DNA of 64,000 nucleotides, taken from the NCBI GenBank assembly GCA_900617105.1, contig UYFQ01000335.1:62001-126000 (forward strand). Direction: 5' to 3'. Position numbers and translations under genes: made by a program. This DNA is from Hydrurus foetidus. Lineage: Eukaryota. This document shows, piece by piece, positions 36,604 to 48,759 of this stretch (its first letter is position 1; every line of letters begins with the position of its first letter). The notes beneath the pieces are model-generated. The model saw nothing but the letters and a program-made list of their open reading frames with translations, did no database searches and was not told where the DNA came from.

Positions 36604-38018
36604 CGTACGCATGTGTGGTGCTTGAGAGATAAGTCGTTGATACAGACCTTGAGAGAGAGAAATCGATGCACTACATTGATCACGCTGCAGCGGTCCTGTC
36701 CCTCCTCTCCTGATCAGCTCTTCAACGCAAGCATTGATGAACTACCTTCTGAGTGAGAAGCCGATCCTGATTCTTCTGAAGCCTAGCACACCTCTCATAC
36801 TTCGGGCTCAATCGAGGCAATGGTCTGACACATTTCAAGCCATCAACAGCAATATCACTCTTTCCTTCATTACATGACATCAGACAATGTGAAACAATAT
36901 CTGGCAGTATCGACTGCAGAATGGCAGAATTGAAGAATAGTTAGGGAGTACTGAAAACTGCGAACTACTGTATGTGCGTGCGTATCTGACAATTGGCAAT
37001 AGATTTGGTTCACTTGACCCAGAAGTGAATGAACCAATACAGCTGCAGAACGGTGAGTGTTTGATTCCGCACTAAGTATTTCCTACAATATCCTACGATA
37101 TCGGCAACCTCCCATCGGATGGTTCATATACAAGATAGAAGATAGGATCTGAATAATCGGTCAAATTTGGCCGGATTATGCATGAAATTACTGGAGATCA
37201 CTCACAAAGAATAATCATCCCAATTACCCCATGCGTAATTTTAATTGGGTTCTAAGTCTGTGAGAATATCTGGTTGAGAAACCGCTGTCTGTTCAAGTGT
37301 TCTGAATTCAAAACAATGAATTTTAGAAAAGCAGTCTGGTACTCTTTTGTCTAAATTGTGAAGAGAAAATACCATCTAAGCAAGTATCAGAAAATTCCTT
37401 GCCTTTTTTGAAGAATTTCCAACGAAATTTCCGCAGGGTAGCGTATTCTTCATCCCCAGTATCTGTATGTGACGGTAAGTCAAACAGATGGAGTACTCGA
37501 AACGATTTACTATCCTGCTCAATAAAAAAATTGAAGAGAAAACGGTTCTATGTCCTCTAAACTTGTGAGTTTTATTCTTTCGGATCTGTTCAATTAAAAA
37601 GCACTCGATATCGAATGATCACCTGTGTACGGTATGGGAGTCAGTCGAGATTGAAATGGCTACTCTACTGGCCATCATCCGCGAGAATGTAATCCTCATA
37701 CTGTATGCTTAGCTGATAATACTAAACTCATCAACTGAATGTGTACAGCATCAGTTCTTTTTCTTCTTTCAGAAGCCCTGTGTAGTATGACTCAGAAATT
37801 TACCCGTTTTCAACCGAACACCGAACCCCTGGCCCTGTGCTGATTCACAGAAAAGAAAATATTCGAATTTTGAACTCGAGTTTTTTCGAAAAAGTCAGCT
37901 GAAGACTTCGTAGACTGAAGATACCTAGAGGAGAGAGGAAGACAAAAGTTCAAGGCGTTCCTCAGGGATCATCAAGCACCTTCGCTGTCTCCGATCGACG
38001 ACTCTGGTCTACCAAGTC

Positions 38019-39333
38019 ATGAACGCCACCGTAGAGAAAGTTCTGGGAGAATTCGTTGAGAAATCGACGAAATATGCGGAAGAGAATCCAATCGCCGTTG
38101 GAGCGTCTGCCGTTGCTGCCATCGTTGCCAGCATTCTCGTCTTTCGCAAAGCCGAGCTGAAGCGAGATGGAAACGATTTCAGTAGTTCATTTACTGGTGG
38201 ATTCAAAATCCTGAACAACACCGATCATACTCTCAAAACCGACGAATTCAGAAGCTCCATAGAAAACTACGAGGGTCAATTCAAAGGCGCACGCAAATCA
38301 GTTGGAGACATTACATCTGAAGAGTCAATAGATGAGAGAAAGAAGCGATACGCAGATATGGTCAATGATTTCTACAACCTTGTCACCGATTTTTACGAAT
38401 GGGGATGGGGACAGAGTTTCCATTTCGGTCCACGATTCCACAATGAGTCCTTTGTTGAGTCTATCAAGCGTGCAGAGTATCACCTCTGCAGTCGTCTGGG
38501 AATGAAACCAGGAATGCGTGCACTCGATGTGGGATGTGGAGTAGGAGGGCCTATGCGAAACATGGCTGTTTTTAGCGGGGCGACTATCGATGGCATCACT
38601 ATCAACGAATACCAAGTGAACGTTGGTAATAAGTACAACAAGATGCACGGAATAAAAGATATATGTAAACTCACTCAAGGTGATTTCCAGTCCCTGCCAT
38701 GGGCCGACAACACTTTTGATGTGGCCTACGCCATCGAGGCCACGTGTCACTCGCCTGATAGAGTACAGGTAAGATCCACCCCCTCCTCTCCTCTTCACGC
38801 ATTTAGCTGACTATGCCTTGTCATCTCATATCTGATTCCTCTATATTGGCTCCTAGACATTTGGTGGCGTAGCGCGCGTGCTCAAAAAAGGAGGTCTTTT
38901 CGCAGGTTATGAGTGGGTCGTGACGGATAAGTACGACCCCAAGGACAAGAATCACGTACGCATAAAAGAAGGAATCGAAGTGGGCAACGGTCTACCAACA
39001 CTCGTTGCCCCCGAAGTGATCATTGACTGCATGCAAAAAGCAGGCTTCGAGATAATAGACTCGTATGACGCCAACAGAGGTGTGCACAACTCTAACGAGA
39101 TTCCGTGGTACGAGACGCTTAACGGCAAAATGTCAATCTCCGGATTCCGCATGACGCACATCGGACGTATGTGCACACACACTATGGTTTGTATTTTAGA
39201 AACACTCCGCATTGCGCCTCTCGGATCAACCCGAGTATCTGCATTACTCAACGCCACCGCCATCGACCTATGTGACGGAGGTAAACTTCAGATATTTACC
39301 CCGTCCTTCTTCTTCATCGGTCGCAAATTATAA
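38019..39333 (+). CDS. SMT1: Sterol 24-C-methyltransferase (SMT/ERG6 family); intron ~38769-38856
   Basis: FYNLVTDFYEWGWGQSFHF, LDVGCGVGGPMR, YAIEATCHSP, YEW, IEVGNGLP, IFTP: the canonical SMT regions. Confidence 0.93.
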
Positions 39334-39771
39334 AACATAAACTGCACCAATTTTGAGGGAAGTCAAATCAATTTTGAGGACATTTGAAAGAGCTTAACAC
39401 GATATTGGAGCTCATGTTGAATTGCAGAGAGCTGCGAAATCATGTCCTACCTGCCAGTCATGTGGAAGAACTCATCCAACCACCTGTCGTGTTTTGTGTC
39501 TCCTGAACTCATAATAGAAAAAGCATCAAGTAAACATTCTTGTTTCGGAATCTGATTTTTTTCTCTTTCAGGGCATTTGAATTTAAGGTGCGTACAGAAT
39601 AATACGTATGTCGAATGCAGCGTCAGATAAGGTAAAAAAATGAAACCGAAAAGTAAGGAAATCACAAATGTCAAATCTAGACAGATGTATTCTTCAGATT
39701 CAAGAATGAAGAGTGGTGTGTGCGTCTCAAAAATAGAAAGTAGTCAAGTATCGCACAGAAAGGAAATAGAC

Positions 39772-39828
39772 ATTGTCGAGGTTGCAACTAAACAGCAATA
39801 TTTTATTTTTGTGGTGACCTCGACAATA
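39772..39828. mobile_element. Short deletion derivative of the ~140-bp MITE family
   Basis: attgtcgaggt...acctcgacaat inverted termini; internal caactaaacag.aatatt is the reverse complement of the 3' interior of the 46192 copy. Confidence 0.6.
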
Positions 39829-40073
39829 ACAACAAGCATGATATTGACTTTAGCCTCTCAGTGTATTTAAGCTATCATCTTCTTTACACACGCCTAAAGA
39901 CATTGCGCACACCGATATAATGTTAACAGTACACTTAGACCGCCTCACAAATCTCATCAAAAATTCTTTTGACGATTTGACACCACACTGCCTTGCCTCG
40001 ATGACTCTAATGATCTAGGATTTTGTGTTCCAAGGTCCCTTGCAGAATGAGCGCGAGAGATGTTGTGGTGTTT

Positions 40074-40212
40074 TTGTCGAGGTCAAAACAAAGCAGCAAT
40101 TTGAGGGGGTTTCTTGACTCACATTTGACGAATGCTGACTGACAAACGTTGTTCTCAGCGGCCATTCGAGTACGGAGATACCATATTACTGCCTAGTCGT
40201 GGCCTCGGCAAT
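40074..40212. mobile_element. Degenerate ~140-bp MITE family, copy 3
   Basis: ttgtcgaggtc...ggcctcggcaat; colinear similarity with the other copies. Confidence 0.7.
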
Positions 40213-40221
40213 GTTGGTGTT

Positions 40222-41472
40222 CTATATGAGCGGTCGCACCTCTCTTAGAATAGGCTTCACAGCAACTTTCCCAGTGCATGTTATATTCCCTGCGTAGCCA
40301 CCATCTATAACATGGGCTATCGCATCTCTTTTCTTCTTCGCAGCATCAGAAATGCTAGTCTGATAAATTCGCATTGATTTTTCACAAACGAATTCTGACT
40401 CTGCATTCGGTACTTCAATCGCATTTTCAATAGGACGTATTTGAGCGCTTCGATGAAAAATAGTTCGAATAATATTGCCCATCGAAGAGAGCATGGAGAC
40501 TAACAATTGCGAGACTGATTGAGGTGGACGCACTTCGCCTTGAATAATCCGTCTGTGTTTTGCTTCTAAGGCAAGAATCAAAATCGGATCTGGTAGCTCA
40601 GCTGCGAGAAACACACACATGTAACACCTGTTCGGACATAGAAGAAGTCGTTTCTGACAAATAGGACAGTGCTTCCGCCTCGCGTAGAGAAGCAGAGCTA
40701 CAATTCCGATGAGTCCAAACAAAGAGAACAGTGCTAAGTTCAGAGGTTGAAGGGGTTCGAATGGTGCTACGTCCCAGTTCATGTTAATTTTCTCACTGAA
40801 CACGTCACCAGAAGACAGCGTTTTATTTGACTCCACAGCTGTCGCAGAACATGAAGAGACACCCCTCCAAGACATAAAGTTAGATGTGTATCTCACGATC
40901 TTTAAATTCAGCTCATATCCATGTAAGTGATGAGCGTCAGTAGCTACACAACCGATGAGAGTCCCGTTAGTAGTGTAGCTGCATGCCCTCCGCTTCAACG
41001 GACAGGTTACAAAGTCGTGTCCACCAGGCACCTTCTGTGTCCCCATTCGAAACTCATAGCCGTACAAGTTCGACTTCAAAGCTGTGAATACATCTATAGT
41101 GCATTTTATTTGCCAATTGTCGGTTCGCTGTGGATTCAATCCAGAGCATTGAAGGCAGTATGACTGTGGTATCTGATTGTTTTTACTATACTGATTCTGA
41201 TCATCGAACACTGTGCAGGTCTTCAACCGAATGCCATTAAAGCACTTAGAAGCAATCTGCGGTCATGAAATTATGAGTCAGAACGTGTTGAGGAGATGGT
41301 CAGGATTAGAGTATTCAATATGTTGAAGCGACGAACTGACCGTGTCGAGTTCCACTGGTGTTAAGGCCTGGTTTGCGAGAGATAGTTTCCCATAAATTAA
41401 TGGCAGATCTTGAGACATCATGCAGCAGATTTGCCATGATAAGAAGCCTAACCGTACAGCAAGATTTTTCAT
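40222..41472 (-). CDS. Uncharacterised single-pass membrane protein (Cys-rich ectodomain, TM, CxxC..CxxC tail); intron 41257-41340
   Basis: Exon 1 (41472-41341) splices in frame to the 334-aa ORF. TM LALFSLFGLIGIVALLLYA followed by RRKHCPIC...RCYMC. Confidence 0.7.
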
Positions 41473-42499
41473 AGTTTGAGCTCGGATTTCCTCGGCAGCT
41501 ACTTCCGAAAATGCTTGTCAGGTCACACCAAAACAGATGCTGACACCATAAGAATGCGGTGGATTCGCAGCTGCATGCAACAAGGATGGCGTTGAGGATT
41601 ACTCATTGCCCAATCGCCTCAAACATCGAACCTGTGCAAACTTCAAACTACGTGCTGCGTGCTGAGTGCTGAGTGGGGGGCATTATTTTCAATTTAATTT
41701 CACACAGAATTTTGGTTGATTTTTCGAGTACTGGTATTTCGTGTAATTCTTTGTATGGACGTTTTTTTTATCAAAAATGAGAAGAAGAGGGAGACTGCAA
41801 ATATCGAGGATCATATTTGTTGCTTTATTGATTTTTAAATCGGAACGCTGTTAATGAGTGCACAACAGTAGCTTGAATAATTATCATAGCGGCTGGATTC
41901 AATAGTTTTACTCGATGCTTGAATACTCCGTATTTCATGGCTGTTGTTAACTTTCTTTCACCATAAAGAAGAGGACTAAATAGTTGATTTTGTCACGTTC
42001 TGGTGGTGGCGAATAGACCCTGATGGAACTTTACATCAATGGATAGAGCATAGATAATAATGCGCATCATTATGTGGGAGACAAATCTACTCTTTACTGT
42101 TGCGGAGTTAGAAGTTGACACGTGGGTTTCAACATCAGTTGTGGTTACCCTATTATCGTCGTTGTTGATTATTGCCAACGCTCATGAGATCTAGTGGACG
42201 CTGCTGAATGAAGACCCTCTCGAGATTAAACGCTGACTTAATCAGTTCACCTTCTTGTTGAGGTGTACAAAGAATACTGCTTCAATTCAGCTCCTCTCAT
42301 GCTCGTTCCGAATCCATAGGATGGAGCGGAAGTCTTATTTGATACGCTTTGCCTCTTCATAGAGCTTACTTGGCCCATCTGAACACCAGTGCCCACAGTG
42401 TATGCTTCGGTGAATCTCTTCGCCGAAGAAATGCTCACACAAGCTGACGTTTTCCCCAAAACTTGCTTACCCATTGAAGATGTTGAGTTGGGAGTCCTA
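41155..42499. repeat. Segmental duplication, copy 1 (direct repeat of 47028-48453)
   Basis: Long colinear near-identity from gcagta(t/c)gactgtg to gttgagttgggagtccta, more diverged in the intergenic middle. Confidence 0.95.
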
Positions 42500-42645
42500 A
42501 AGTCGCTACCTCCCTTAACATAATCCACACCCGGTACTTCTGGCAACCTTGTGACTGTTGCCTGCAATTTCCCGACGAATCTTTTGTGCGGGATTGGCGG
42601 TGGGTGAGAATAAATCGAGGTATTTCGTGAAGCCGCAGATGACAT
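42247..42645 (-). CDS. Small basic protein resembling SHIPPO-repeat/flagellar-associated proteins
   Basis: 132-aa ORF with repeated SSMGKQV.. / SSMKRQSVSNKTSAPSYGFGTS.R motifs; family call tentative. Confidence 0.55.
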   Translation of the reverse strand: MSSAASRNTSIYSHPPPIPHKRFVGKLQATVTRLPEVPGVDYVKGGSDFRTPNSTSSMGKQVLGKTSACVSISSAKRFTEAYTVGTGVQMGQVSSMKRQSVSNKTSAPSYGFGTSMRGAELKQYSLYTSTRR

Positions 42646-43390
42646 TAAAGTAGTCGTAGATGACGTGATTCGTAGAGCTGCCGATTCTCAATGCAGCGCC
42701 ACTTTACGTCAGTGGAATGAGCATTCTTATCGGCACAAGCTGGATAATTCCGAATGACACGTACTGTAGAAGCGATCACGGGCACCGCTTGTTTCACAGA
42801 TTACAGGCACCGAATTTTTTACTCACTATCTGCACCGTTTATTCCGTTGACAAAGAATGCTCAATTGTGAGAGAGAAGTCACAGTACTGAATATCAGTGA
42901 CTGTTCACCTCGACCTCTATCTCGATCTCACATCTCATCTCTCCGTTGGGAGTTGACAGACTTGACTTCAGTTTCATGCATCATGTTGAAAGAATGTAGA
43001 CCGATCTTCATAGTCAGATCTGACCAACGATTAATTGTACGATTAATCGTATTTTGCACTTTTTTTGTACTTTGTATAACGCTAGGAACGACAAAAATTA
43101 CTTGTGCAACAAATTGCAAGCAGAAGCATGGTCAGCGATGATATTGCAAATCTTAACAATTATTCGTGGATACAAAAATTATTATGTTCAAAAATGACAG
43201 TTATGGAGACTAATTGTTAGAAGGAATGGCTTCTTTTTTCTTTTGGAGACACTTGATTGGATTATCATCATCTGAGCTGTTCTTTACTAGAAAATCCTGA
43301 GGAAAAATCGCACTTAGTTGTGATTATTATTGCAGCTTCATATTCTTGACAATTATTGTTTGGTCAGCTATACCGCCGTCAACATAAAGT

Positions 43391-43537
43391 AGAAAAGTAA
43401 TCCCGCCCCACAACCCAGTCCGTTTACCCAGCCTTTTTACTTCAGAGCTACGGTAGGGCTATATTAGGCTTAGGGTAGGGTATTGAGTGAAATTTCGCGC
43501 AAAAGAGGTTAGGTCGTGGGGTTGGATTCTCGCTCCC
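43391..43537 (-). repeat. Short dispersed repeat, copy B (inverted relative to 35417-35548), with TTAGGG-like interior
   Basis: Same two conserved blocks as copy A; interior tagggctatattaggcttagggtagggt. Confidence 0.85.
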
Positions 43538-44399
43538 CTACATACAGTGCCTGATGAGTTAGGAAGAGCTAAAACTGTCTCATTTATTCCTCTTTGTTCC
43601 TGACCTTGATAATTGCAGATTCTAATGATCGTGAATAGTTGAATGCAGCCCTCTCATTTATGATGGGAATGTGATAAATTTATAGAACTTCTTTTTCTTC
43701 TTGTTCATGTGACCACAACTGCCCCATTTTTGAAAATGTATTCCTACTAAAATCATACGTCGATGAATGTGATGGATAATGTATATCGACCAATACTGTA
43801 TTTTAGTAGAGTTTCTGTATTCACACAGAAGGTGGCTACCTAAAAGTCAGGTTGTTTTCGTGGAGTTCTATATCTCCTTTTCTTGTCTTTTCTCATTTCA
43901 TTTTTATTTTTATTTTTATTTTGCTCCATTCAAGATTGCTCCCCTTTCTGATCTCAGAGGCACAGCACAGTCTTCTACCACACAGCACTGGAAATCATAA
44001 ACACGTACTATATTATACTATACTATACTGCAGACTCGTTGCAGTACGGTACAACAAGGGTTGTCATTTCTATTTTGTTGTTCTTGCTCCTTGATCCTTA
44101 AGGGACAGATGATGATGTTCAGTTCACAGTATAGAAATAACCGTATAACTGCCTTCAAACAAATTCGACCCCTCCCACCGCTGAGAATCACGAATTTGTA
44201 CCATATTTCGTCAAGCAACTGCGTAACAGTACGTGAATAATTTCATTATTGTCAGCGGTGAGTATTATTTTTGAATTGGGAATTATTGACACTTCTATTT
44301 GAGTCATGACTGGCCATAGAGACTGGGCAAATGTGCAGAAGTGCAGATGAGTTCTCTGAGTTCAGGAGAATGGCACGTACGTATGTTCACTTTTTGCAC

Positions 44400-47345
44400 T
44401 CAGAAGCATGCGGTGTGTGCACTCCCTCCATCAACGCTAAGGTAATCACTGCCTCCATCCCCTCTAGTCCTTTGCAACACATTCATCATGGCGCACCAAC
44501 TACTAGTCAAAGAACCCACAAAGAAATCAGCGTGGTCCACAGCAATGAATAGATTTGAGAAAGAGAAGATGAGTTCTGAGACGTAGTCAGCGTCCGGTGT
44601 GATTTTTTCTGTCTCCTTTAAGTTCAGAAATTCAACACGATTGTAGGACAGAAAAAAGAAATTGTACTCCGGATATTCCCTGTATTGAGTTATGTATGAA
44701 TAGAAGAAGGATGTGTGAAAGAGTGTGATGTAAAGAAAGGGTACGAAGGAGTGAAAGAGAAAATATGAAAGAGATGAACATGAAAAATAAAAATATGAAA
44801 GGGGAGAATATGTAGAATGAGGAACAGATAAAAATGAAAGTGCAGCCATGAGCAGGAGATGGGTCCGCATATTTTGTTTATCGCGTTGAATAGCGCGGTA
44901 AACGAAACACATGCTATGCAAAAAGTGATGTTCTTAATTGAGTCCAGTACTCCACTGAAAAAAATGTCATGTGATGTGATGTGATGTCATGTGACGACAT
45001 GTCATGTGATGACATTTGATGTGGTGTCATGTGATGTGATGTGACCTAATATGATGCGATGACATGTTGTGTGATATGATGTCATGTGATATCATGCCAT
45101 ATTATGTACTCCGCTGTCTATTTCATCAAACAGCAGCAGCAAAATAGGTCGACCATGCATTATTGATTAATGTGGACTCATGTCGTAGAAAGCAAAAAGT
45201 GTCGCACCTGACAAGAGACTCAATCACACTGGCTGTTTCGGTTGAAATGAAAATATTTCTGATGAAAGAATACTTCTTTTTTATTAAATCCATGTATTTG
45301 TAGAGAGGTTGAGGAGCCGTTTCGAGAAATTTTGCACCGTAACGTACGTGTAGAGATAAGTACGGTTTCGGAATATGTTTTGCAGATACGACAGCCACAG
45401 TCTTATAGGAGTTACACGGTTTTGAAGAGTTTGAATAGTTAGAGTTGAAATTAGTCTGTGGGGCAGATGAGTTGCAAGTACGTAAGGGTGTAACCAAAGA
45501 GAGTGCTACTGTTCTCTTCAGTGTATCTTGGAACCATTTCCTAGGTCTCACAATATGTCGCATGAATAGACTAGTCCAGTATAGTCGTTCACTGCTCTTG
45601 AACGCGTGGAAGTGAAGCATGTGCCGTGTAGATGGATCAAGATTTTGCCATGCAGAATCAGCGTGTTTTTTGTCACGAAAAACATAACCGGAGTCGCCTT
45701 ATAAATGGTAGAATAGAATTATATTTGGAGGAACTGTATTGTATTGCATTGTATAGAGTTGCATAGTGTTGCATCATATTGCATGGCACCGTTCGACATC
45801 CCACATCGCATGTAATGGTATTGTATTGTATCGCATTCACATATGCTGAATTGATGATGTTAGTCAGCTCGCAATGGATGTCAAGTCAAGTCAAGTCAAG
45901 CCAAGTCAAATCAAATCAAATTAAGCCACAAGCGAGCTAACTATAACCTTGATGAAGTCCTTCAAAAAGTGTTGAGTCTCCGGTCCACGGATCGCCACAC
46001 ATGCGACAGATACCGCTCCCTTTAGGGTAAGAAGTCAATCTCAGAACTTTCTCTTCTGCATAGGGGGACTCATGGAGGTAGGTCGCGTCACTGACATTGA
46101 TGGCGTGTGTGACGTCAGAGGTACTAAGACTGCATCCGGATAGAGGCTTGAAGTAGCATTCAAAGGTGCTTCCCTGGCAGCCTAATTGTTCATTGCAGAG
46201 GTCAATAGAAACCAGCTGTTGTAGGATTTATTTGGAACACATATGACTTATATTGAACGAAAGCGTTGTTCTCAGAGGTTGTTTTGGCGTACAGCAATAC
46301 AATATTCCTGTTTAGTTGCGACCTCGGCAATAATATAGTGACTGAAATTGTAGTCATTTATCAACATAACAACTATATAAGGGCGATGCTGTATTATATA
46401 TTGAATACTAACATAATAAATTACAATTTGCATTATCACTATCGTATTCATAACAACAAACAAGAAATAATTGTACTACACAAACATACCAGTGTGTTTC
46501 CATTTCGTTAATGTTTTTTTTTCTTCATTTGAAACTAAAATGAAAATTCTACCCAAACAAAGTGAGAATCGAAATGCACCCACAGTCAGGTGTAGCATGG
46601 ACCCTAGACCTTTATCCTCAGATGGCGGCTCAAATAGCAAAAATTTAGAATTAGCGCATGATCTTTTTGATAGGGGAAAGCGGTGTGTGTTTATATTTTC
46701 TGAATAGGGAGGGGATGGATTGTTGTCCTTACTAGGTGGTGTTCTGCGAAGTACGTATGCTTGATGCTGTTCGATCTGTGAGTGTTCTGCATTCGATTCA
46801 GGGAATTGCCAAGAGAGCAATCTACGCTGCATTTCTTTACTATGGTCGCACCACACAGGTTCTCCGCAATGCTGATCTGCGTGATGAGTGGAGAAAGGGG
46901 TGCAGACTATGGGGTTGAAGACATCCCCCCGTAGTGCATCATCAGTGAAATGAGTGCGACTGTGAATATCCCGAATAGAGTCGTTGATATCTACAACAAA
47001 GTTTTCGTTGTTCGAATTCCCTGCGGTGCAGTACGACTGTGATATCTGGTTGTTTTTATTATCCCGATTCTGATCATCAAACGCTGTGCAGGTTTTCAAC
47101 CGAATGCCTTTGAAGCACTTAGAAGCAATCTGCGGTCGACAAAAACATCAGTCGGAATGTGTTGGGAGATTGCTAGGATTAGAGTATTCAATATGTTGAA
47201 GCGACGAACTGACCGTGTCTAGTTCCTCTGGTGTTAAGGCTTGGTTTGCGAGAGATAGTTTCCCGTAAATTAATGGCAGATCTTGAGACATCATGCAGCA
47301 GATTTGCCATGATAAGAAGCCTAACCGTACAGCAAGATTTTTCAT
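44400..47345 (-). CDS. FUT8/GT23-like fucosyltransferase-family glycosyltransferase, chimeric N-terminus; exons 47345-47214, 47129-46490, 46181-45948, 45697-45208, 44679-44400 (591 aa)
   Basis: All four GT-AG introns join in frame. Motifs GLGSMLH, GC...FECYFKPLSGC, LSLHVRYGAK (motif I), IFISTE (motif II), ADFFVGSLTSSW (motif III). Confidence 0.8.
44966..45105. repeat. Degenerate (ATGTG/ATGTC)n pentanucleotide microsatellite in intron
   Basis: Direct observation. Confidence 0.85.
46192..46332. mobile_element. Degenerate ~140-bp MITE family, copy 4 (intronic, next to splice acceptor)
   Basis: attgcagaggtc...gacctcggcaata; cgttgttctcag is shared with the 40074 copy. Confidence 0.65.
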
Positions 47346-48453
47346 AGTTTGAGCTCGGATTTCCTCGGCAGCTACTTCCGAAAATGCTTGTCAGTTCACA
47401 CTAAAACAGATGCTGACACCATATGAATGCGGTGGATTCGCAGCTACATGCAACAAGGACGGTGTTGAGGATTACTCATTGCCCAATCGCCTCAAACATC
47501 GAACCTGTGCAAAGTTCACACCTCACAGTTTACAGCATATTGCATGCATGAGAGATGAGAGATCAAGATCAGATGGGTGCATTATTTTCAATTTAATTTC
47601 ACACAGAATTTTGGTTGATTTTTCGAGCACTGGTATTTCGTGTAAATTTTTATTTTTTATTTTTTGTGTGAATGTTTTTTACCATATAGTGGAAAGAAGA
47701 GGGAGACTACAAAGCCCGTGGGTTCTGCTGATTTCGAAATAGAAACGCTGTATATGAGTGCACTAGCTCGGATAATTGCCAAAGTAACTGACGCAATAGT
47801 TTTAATTGATGCTTTAACTTTCGTATTCGATGGCAGCTGTTATCTTTCTGTCACAATGTAGGAGAGGACAAAATACTTTTTATAATAGTAGTTTATGACC
47901 AAATAGCACTTATCACCTACTGATGGAAACAAGTAAACGCTGATGAAACTTTGCGTAAAAGAACAGAGCATAGATGATATTACATAGATGAAAACATATT
48001 CACTCTGTTCTGTTGCGGAGTTAGTTTTAGAAGTAAAAACGAAAATATATCGCTCTGCACAGTTGCGGTGTCAGAAGTTCACATTTAGTTTTCAATATCC
48101 GTTGTGGTGAGGGCGACTACAAACTACCCTAAGATCGTCGTAGCAGATTGTTGTTACTGCCCATGTGATTTGGTGGCCACTGCTGAATGAAGCCCCTCTC
48201 GAGATTAAACGCTGACTTAATCAGTTCACCTTCTTGTTGAGGTGTACAAAGAATACTGCTTCAATTTAGCTCCTCTCATGCTCGTTCCGAATCCATAGGA
48301 TGGAGCGGAAGTCTTATTTGATATGCTTTGTCTCTTCATAGAGCTTACTTGGCCCATCTGCATATTACTCTTCTCCGAAATAACACATGCACACGCTGAC
48401 GTTTTCCCCAAAACTTGCTTACCCAGAGTGATGATGTTGAGTTGGGAGTCCTA
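47028..48453. repeat. Segmental duplication, copy 2 (derived copy)
   Basis: Direct repeat of 41155-42499. Confidence 0.95.
48226..48453 (-). pseudogene. 5'-truncated, internally deleted duplicate of the 42247-42645 gene
   Basis: Same C-terminus (QMGQVSSMKRQS.SNKTSAPSYGFGTSMRGA.LKQYSLYTSTRR) but lacks the start and ~50 N-terminal codons and has an internal deletion. Confidence 0.85.
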
Positions 48454-48505
48454 CCGTACACTACAGTAGAGTACCGTATAGCAGACAAAATACAAAATAA
48501 AACGA

Positions 48506-48563
48506 TTGTATTTTGTATTTTGTATTTTGTATTTTGTATTTTGTATTTTGTATTTTGTATTTT
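48506..48563. repeat. (GTATTTT)n heptanucleotide tandem repeat, ~8 copies
   Basis: Direct observation. Confidence 0.9.
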
Positions 48564-48759
48564 TATTTAGTACATACAAAGGAATGAGAGATGAGGGATG
48601 AGAGACGTACGAAAGCAAAAAGCAAAAAGTTCAACGTTTAAAATTTTTTAAAAGCGCTCTCAAGAAGTTTCATAGTAATTCGTAACACTCAATACTAGCA
48701 GTCAGTAGTACACAGAAGTCATCAGAACTAAGAAAAGCGCCAAGAATCACGACGCAATC

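Noticed and set aside
36680..37700. Possible small multi-exon gene on the minus strand (e.g. TGDEEYATLRKFRWKFFKKGK)
   Set aside because: Only short open stretches; I could not assemble a convincing gene model or recognise a motif.
46182..46220. MITE end apparently exonised into the glycosyltransferase (CAG|CTGGTT acceptor)
   Set aside because: The downstream TAG acceptor at 46182 gives the correct phase and a sensible WKHTGCQGSTFECYF junction, so the MITE is fully intronic.
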